DNA from: an uncultured Gammaproteobacteria bacterium
GTDB taxonomy: Bacteria; Patescibacteriota; Patescibacteriia; UBA1558; GWA2-36-10
Assembly: GCA_964515785.1 (NCBI GenBank)
Contig: CAZEWH010000006.1
Location: 4,182 to 58,720, forward strand
Reading direction: 5' to 3'
DNA length: 54,539 bases
In this document: positions 49,319 through 54,539 of the stretch, piece after piece
Layout: every line of letters begins with the position of its first letter
How positions within the stretch are numbered: the first letter of the stretch is position 1
Position numbers and translations under genes: made by a program
The notes under the pieces: model-generated
Database searches by the model: none
Seen by the model: the letters and a program-made list of their open reading frames with translations, nothing else
What the model was told of the DNA's origin: nothing

Positions 49319-51538
49319 TTAATAAGGATTGTCTGTAAATCTAGGAATAACTTTGGAAAAATCTGTCAAACCAAGCGGTGGATTGGCTTGTAAACGTCCA
49401 TCATTTTGAAAAAGTTCACTTGGTTCTTTATCTGTATTACGAAAATCCCTACCCATATCAAATTGTTTGGCCAAAACATTACCTGTGACTTTTAATTGAT
49501 TATTGCAGCCTACATCTTGATCACAAGTATCAAATCTACCACAACCATTTCTAGCAGAAATAGTAATACCATCTTCATCAACTATGTAAGGACTGCAAGA
49601 AATATCATCGTCTCCTAGAGCTATAAAAGTTCCGACTATTTTATCAACACCACCCCCAACAACAATATCCCCTCTTACTATCCAAACAATTGAAGGAATT
49701 TCTACAAGATTACTGACACTATTAGTATCATATACAATATCATTATTAATTATCAAATCACCATCAATAACTACAATACCAGAGGCATTTTCTCCACCAT
49801 TACCACGATTAATAGTTGTATTGACTGGTGGTGTATAACTAGGAGCAGCAACATAAAAAACTTTAGCAAGTAAAGGACCAGAATTAAAAAATGAACTTTC
49901 ATTGATAGTTACCTCGGAGCCAAATTTGTTGTGTCCAGCACCATCATAATTTGCAATAAGGGCTTCGACATCCAAATTACCCAAAACATTATCATATTTC
50001 TCATTTTCATCTGGCCCAGTATTTTTATTCAAAAAATCAATGCCTGGACGATAATCAAGCTCACCTTGATAATGGCCAGATATAGTACTAGAACTAACAA
50101 AATTTGTAATAGCTCCGCCTGATTCAATCAAATATGTAGCATTTGACCTACCAAAAGGTGGTTCATAACGACCAAAAATATTATCTAATGCATAAATACT
50201 ACCTCTTTCTACAGAAAAATAAGGTTTGGAACTAGTAGTAATCCTAGGTGAAAACTGAAACCAACCCAAACCATGAGTTTCTCCTAATTCATCCCAAGCA
50301 TTCCAACCCCAACCACCTAAAGCCACTCGTTCACAAAAATCTTCAGCTTGCATATCATCTTGAGATAAATCACAATTAGGCGTTATATCTACACAACCAG
50401 GTATTTGATCACCTAATTGTTCACAACTACCAATATAACCGTTTTGGTTATCAAACATCACACCCGGCGTATTATGAGCTATATCACAAGAACTACATTT
50501 ATTGATATTGGTGTCATAAGAGCTCATTTCTACTGTATTATCAAAATTTGCAATCTCACATTGATGACAATCATAACCACCAATCACACTCTTGAGCTCA
50601 CCTATATCCCGCTCTATACAATCATCTTCGTCACCAGTACAAATCAAAGCATTGTCTGTACAATCCTCGTCTCCATTATCAATACAAGTGCTTATCTGTT
50701 CACAGGTCTCTATTCCAGTACAATCATCTTGGTTTTGACAGACATCGTGACTGCCACCGCCACCACCATCTTCACAACGACCGCTATAATAATCATAATC
50801 AAGACAATTATCACAATGATCTTCTGTTGCTCTAATCACACAAAGATCTGCTACTGGTGGATCATCCCCCACTGGTGGACAATTTATTAAGTCTTCACAA
50901 GAATCAGCTCCTCCTGCACAAGGGTCACAATAAGCTCCAGTAATCTGACAACCATATGTTCTAGTAGTAAAACAATTAAAACAGCCATTAATTTTATTAT
51001 TTTCATCAATAGTACCACTAACATCTGGACCTAAAATAGGAAAACCAATTTTGGTTGCATCTGCACTAACACCTGCAAAAGCCAAAATACTAGCATAACT
51101 ATTAGATATATCATTTTCCAATAAGGCATTGGTATAAACAGTAGATGTCGGAACACCGTTGGCTAATGGACCTCCTGTACCCCCAACATCAGAAAAACAT
51201 ATCCAACCCAAAGGTTTGCCACCACCACCGGCATTATTTCCAGACCAAGCACAACCAGTAATATTGGGTTCATCAGCATCATCTATTCTATCAAGCGCCA
51301 AATTATAAGGAACAATACATCTATCTTCCAAAAACTGATCACCATCCCAATCATCAAGACAATTGAGACTCACCCAGCCAGTCACTTGTGACCAAGCCCA
51401 GCCAGCAATAGGTGTAGCTCCAATAGGTGTATCTTCGGCTACAGTATCAACTGAACGTTGCATCGCAAAAACAACCACCACTAAAATAGCCAAAACTACA
51501 ATGCGACTGATAAGTTTAAAATGAAAATCAGTTTTCAT
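49319..51538 (-). CDS. Large Cys/Asp-rich membrane-anchored surface protein
   Basis: TM; GWAWS..GWVSL and GWGWN..LGW repeats; Cys-rich middle; C-terminal VIDGDLIIN/IVRGDIVV repeats. Confidence 0.85.
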   Translation of the reverse strand: MKTDFHFKLISRIVVLAILVVVVFAMQRSVDTVAEDTPIGATPIAGWAWSQVTGWVSLNCLDDWDGDQFLEDRCIVPYNLALDRIDDADEPNITGCAWSGNNAGGGGKPLGWICFSDVGGTGGPLANGVPTSTVYTNALLENDISNSYASILAFAGVSADATKIGFPILGPDVSGTIDENNKINGCFNCFTTRTYGCQITGAYCDPCAGGADSCEDLINCPPVGDDPPVADLCVIRATEDHCDNCLDYDYYSGRCEDGGGGGSHDVCQNQDDCTGIETCEQISTCIDNGDEDCTDNALICTGDEDDCIERDIGELKSVIGGYDCHQCEIANFDNTVEMSSYDTNINKCSSCDIAHNTPGVMFDNQNGYIGSCEQLGDQIPGCVDITPNCDLSQDDMQAEDFCERVALGGWGWNAWDELGETHGLGWFQFSPRITTSSKPYFSVERGSIYALDNIFGRYEPPFGRSNATYLIESGGAITNFVSSSTISGHYQGELDYRPGIDFLNKNTGPDENEKYDNVLGNLDVEALIANYDGAGHNKFGSEVTINESSFFNSGPLLAKVFYVAAPSYTPPVNTTINRGNGGENASGIVVIDGDLIINNDIVYDTNSVSNLVEIPSIVWIVRGDIVVGGGVDKIVGTFIALGDDDISCSPYIVDEDGITISARNGCGRFDTCDQDVGCNNQLKVTGNVLAKQFDMGRDFRNTDKEPSELFQNDGRLQANPPLGLTDFSKVIPRFTDNPY

Positions 51539-51561
51539 GAAAAAATTTTATTTTTTATTTT

Positions 51562-52329
51562 TTAAAATCCTGCACCAGACAAAGCTGTGTATTTCCAATT
51601 GATACCACCCAAGACAGTACCAGAACAAATATAAAGACGATTGATACCGGTATGGAGAATCATGCGACCAATAGTACTAGCTGTACAATCACCAGCTGGT
51701 GGTACTGCAGTAGTAGTATCAATCTGCAGGTAGCCATTGTTGATTTCTACATTACCAGTATTATCGAGAATCAAAGCATTGGAATCTCCTGATACATTGG
51801 TGTTCCAAATTCTAAATTCATTACTAGATTCATCATCATAAATACCCCAATATGCATTAGCGCCACTGTTGATATTTATTTCCGCATTATTAACAGCACC
51901 AACTCGAGAAGAAATTTCTAGCGCATGAGTAGGATTGCTGGATTCACCAATACCAACTGTACCGTTGAAATATCCAGCTGGTCCACCCTGAGTATTAACC
52001 GACCAAACGCCATAGTTGGCACTATTGGTACTCTCAGCATAAACAGCAGCCCTATCTAGCCCTCCCCGACAACAAGTGGCTGTAGCGTGCACAGTTCCCT
52101 TTTTGGTAGCACCATCATCAGGCAAAGTAGAATCTATAACCAAGCTACCTTGTAGATCGATATCTTCTGTAACTGGATTCAAGACAATGCTACCTGCAAC
52201 AAAATCTCCAGGATTACCAGTGGGACTTTGCCAAGCAGCAATGACGACTTGCTGAATGACTAATAAACTAAGAAAAGAAACAACCGCTATCATGATAGAC
52301 AATTGCCAATTTTTTACTTTTTTGAACAT
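51562..52329 (-). CDS. Secreted fiber/adhesin-like protein
   Basis: Signal/TM, AWQSPTGNP, GTVGIG..NP.HALEI motif, C-terminal C...GRM...RLYIC module. Confidence 0.8.
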   Translation of the reverse strand: MFKKVKNWQLSIMIAVVSFLSLLVIQQVVIAAWQSPTGNPGDFVAGSIVLNPVTEDIDLQGSLVIDSTLPDDGATKKGTVHATATCCRGGLDRAAVYAESTNSANYGVWSVNTQGGPAGYFNGTVGIGESSNPTHALEISSRVGAVNNAEININSGANAYWGIYDDESSNEFRIWNTNVSGDSNALILDNTGNVEINNGYLQIDTTTAVPPAGDCTASTIGRMILHTGINRLYICSGTVLGGINWKYTALSGAGF

Positions 52330-52365
52330 AGTTTTATAAAATTATTGTTTATTAATTATATTATA

Positions 52366-54318
52366 TCACAAACCATTTTCAACTATATAATTTTTTATAT
52401 ACAAATATCCATTATCTCTCAAGACACCCAATAGATTACCATTATCCTGCCAAACCATTAATCTATCATTTATCGGCACATTAACAGGATCTTCTAGAAG
52501 AATTCCTCCAGTTGTAGGTAGGTGCAAGTTACCTACTTGATCAACATACATAATAACAGTCCCATTATCTCTCTGAATCACGTATTTTTCTGTATCAGTA
52601 CCTATATCATCCAAATTATTGCCAGGCCAAATATCAGCCATGACTGTTCCTTTTATTAAAAATATACCTGTATCATCCATTTTTAATAAAATATTATTAT
52701 CATCAGTCACATCACCATTGGTAATAATAAATAAATCACCATCTTCATTGAATACTGTGCCACTACATGTACATTCATTAGCATCACCAGGTGGTAAACA
52801 ATAATTACCTTCTCCAATACAGCCATCTCCTAAATACAGATGGTTTTGATAAAGATGATACTCACCAGTATCCAAATTAAGGGTTTCATAATCATCATAA
52901 TAAGCATCGCATTCTTCAGTGCCTTCTTTGATAAAATTACCACATTCATTGTACTGAATACAATAATCTCCATCAGTCTGTACATAGTCATCAGCCACTG
53001 GATCTGGTAAAGCTATAATTTGATCAGTAGGATCATCACAACAATAAATACCAAGATTTATTTCATCTTGATCATCACCACAAGCCTCATAGCGCCAACT
53101 ATCTCTATCAGTATAAATATTATAGGTATCGCCTTCTGCAGTAAGAATAAAACCAGATACACGATTATTATATTCTCCATAAGCGCCAAAAGTAGCTCCT
53201 TGCTTCCATTGAATATCACCGGTCCATCCACCAGCTGGTGGATTAGCAGTACAATAAGCATTATAGTCATTTATACCAGATTGATCAGAATCATCTAAAT
53301 TTTCACCATGAGAACTAGGTGCAAAACAATCAGCACTAGAACCATCTCCAAGACATCGTCCGTCATAAAGGCCACCATCTATACAAGTATCATTAGCACT
53401 ATTGTCTACTGTTCCACATATATTATCACAAATTGGTGTTGGACCTGGAACATAACAATCGCTTGTATTTGTTATATGATTATAAGTACCACAAGTGTAT
53501 GTATATAAAGTATCACCAATACTGTCACCATTCTGATCAACGCCACCACAGTGGTTTGTATATGTATCATTAGGACAAAAACCTGCATCCCAACCAGGTA
53601 CTGTTTCTTCATTTACAGTACATTTTCCATAATCAATAACGTATCCATTATTTTGATCGCACCAATCACGACAATAACCGCCCTCATCATGAGCACCATC
53701 ATTTCCCGGCATCTGCCAACTCCAAGTAGCACTTCCCACAGGCCAATTTACTAATTGCTTAAAATCAAACAAATTGTTTACATCATCAACACACTGTTGT
53801 TGAGGATGAGAATTTAATAATGGTTTTATTTCAGCTCCAGGATAATAATTACAAAAAGCACGTTTAACCATATAACTACCAACTGCCCATTCACAAGAAT
53901 CGTGAGCCTCCCAAGGATCATAACAAACAGATTCGTGCCAAGTATAAGAAGTAGTAAAATTAACATTACCACCATTATAAGTTACGAATTTATCACCAGC
54001 AGAAAATATATTTTGACAATCACCATTATCCCATTGACACCAATGCAAATCATCACCAATACCATCTGGTGGACCATTGTGACTAGCACTATCATTACCA
54101 GCACATTCTATTGCTTCTGATGAACACATTGTTTCATTACCGTTGTGATCATTACAATTATAACCACAATTAACACCGCTAGCCGGAGTACCATCTATCC
54201 ATTCTCCATCACAAGTATCAGCCTTGACTTCTACTTGCTGTAAAAAAATACCAAAACCAGCCAGTATAATAATTACTGGCAAAATAAATTTATAATATTG
54301 TCTAATAAATAAACTCAT
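52366..54318 (-). CDS. Large Cys/Asp-rich secreted protein
   Basis: Signal peptide; many Cys; CGNFIKEGTEECD (myxococcal cysteine-rich repeat-like); three C-terminal D..G...I.G repeats. Confidence 0.85.
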   Translation of the reverse strand: MSLFIRQYYKFILPVIIILAGFGIFLQQVEVKADTCDGEWIDGTPASGVNCGYNCNDHNGNETMCSSEAIECAGNDSASHNGPPDGIGDDLHWCQWDNGDCQNIFSAGDKFVTYNGGNVNFTTSYTWHESVCYDPWEAHDSCEWAVGSYMVKRAFCNYYPGAEIKPLLNSHPQQQCVDDVNNLFDFKQLVNWPVGSATWSWQMPGNDGAHDEGGYCRDWCDQNNGYVIDYGKCTVNEETVPGWDAGFCPNDTYTNHCGGVDQNGDSIGDTLYTYTCGTYNHITNTSDCYVPGPTPICDNICGTVDNSANDTCIDGGLYDGRCLGDGSSADCFAPSSHGENLDDSDQSGINDYNAYCTANPPAGGWTGDIQWKQGATFGAYGEYNNRVSGFILTAEGDTYNIYTDRDSWRYEACGDDQDEINLGIYCCDDPTDQIIALPDPVADDYVQTDGDYCIQYNECGNFIKEGTEECDAYYDDYETLNLDTGEYHLYQNHLYLGDGCIGEGNYCLPPGDANECTCSGTVFNEDGDLFIITNGDVTDDNNILLKMDDTGIFLIKGTVMADIWPGNNLDDIGTDTEKYVIQRDNGTVIMYVDQVGNLHLPTTGGILLEDPVNVPINDRLMVWQDNGNLLGVLRDNGYLYIKNYIVENGL

Positions 54319-54324
54319 TTATAT

Positions 54325-54539
54325 TTAATTTGTGTTTATATCTATAACCAAAGCATTGTTATAACGGTAAATCTGTGGTCCTTGTCCAAAAACAGCTGAA
54401 CCCTGGATTTGAATTTCGTCATTGGCATTTCCAATCCATAAATTTTGCCCAGAACCACTTGGACCAGTAGTACCATACCAAGCATCAGATAAAAGATGAG
54501 TATTTGTAAAAACATCTCCTTCAACATCTAATTTATAAC
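54325..54539 (-). CDS. 3' end of a fiber/adhesin-like gene truncated by the window edge
   Basis: Hand translation ..YKLDVEGDVFTNTHLLSDAWYG..LVIDINTN*; YKLDVxG motif; stop 6 nt before next ATG. Confidence 0.75.
   Translation of the reverse strand, partial: YKLDVEGDVFTNTHLLSDAWYGTTGPSGSGQNLWIGNANDEIQIQGSAVFGQGPQIYRYNNALVIDINTN

Noticed and set aside
54342-54527. 61-aa ORF in the track
   Set aside because: Another frame on the same strand is open to the window edge, has a YKLDVxG motif and stops at 54325
49319-54539. Diversity-generating retroelement targets or CRISPR array
   Set aside because: No reverse transcriptase, no TR/VR pair and no regularly spaced direct repeats seen by eye

Overview
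AT-rich bacterial chromosomal window. Gene content and style point to a Patescibacteria/CPR (Parcubacteria-like) genome; this is an inference. It holds housekeeping genes (prfA-prmC, rplY, rodA, dnaE, T-box-thrS, a GuaB/GMP-reductase-family gene, miaB-miaA, gatB, mfd, smpB-tmRNA, infC-rpmI-rplT, tRNA-Asp, lgt, dsbA, gatCA, ligA), a six-gene pyrimidine deoxynucleotide operon, and a large type IV pilus locus preceded by Cys/Asp-rich surface proteins. The main candidate new system is the ThyA homologue, which carries Asp, Pro and Asp at the positions of E. coli Asn177, His147 and Glu58. These changes match the substitutions known to convert thymidylate synthase into a dCMP methylase. It is co-operonic with dCMP deaminase, an NMP-kinase-like protein, DHFR, dUTPase and Tmk, suggesting a dCMP -> 5-methyl-dCMP -> dTMP route or a 5mC-nucleotide pathway. 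Other signals: GC-rich REP-like palindromes inserted in frame in prmC, miaB and vanZ and inside the tmRNA; a catalytically degenerate PilT; a probable GMP reductase that looks like guaB; a structured leader that could occlude an RBS; and several apparently leaderless genes. No CRISPR array, transposase or integrase was seen.
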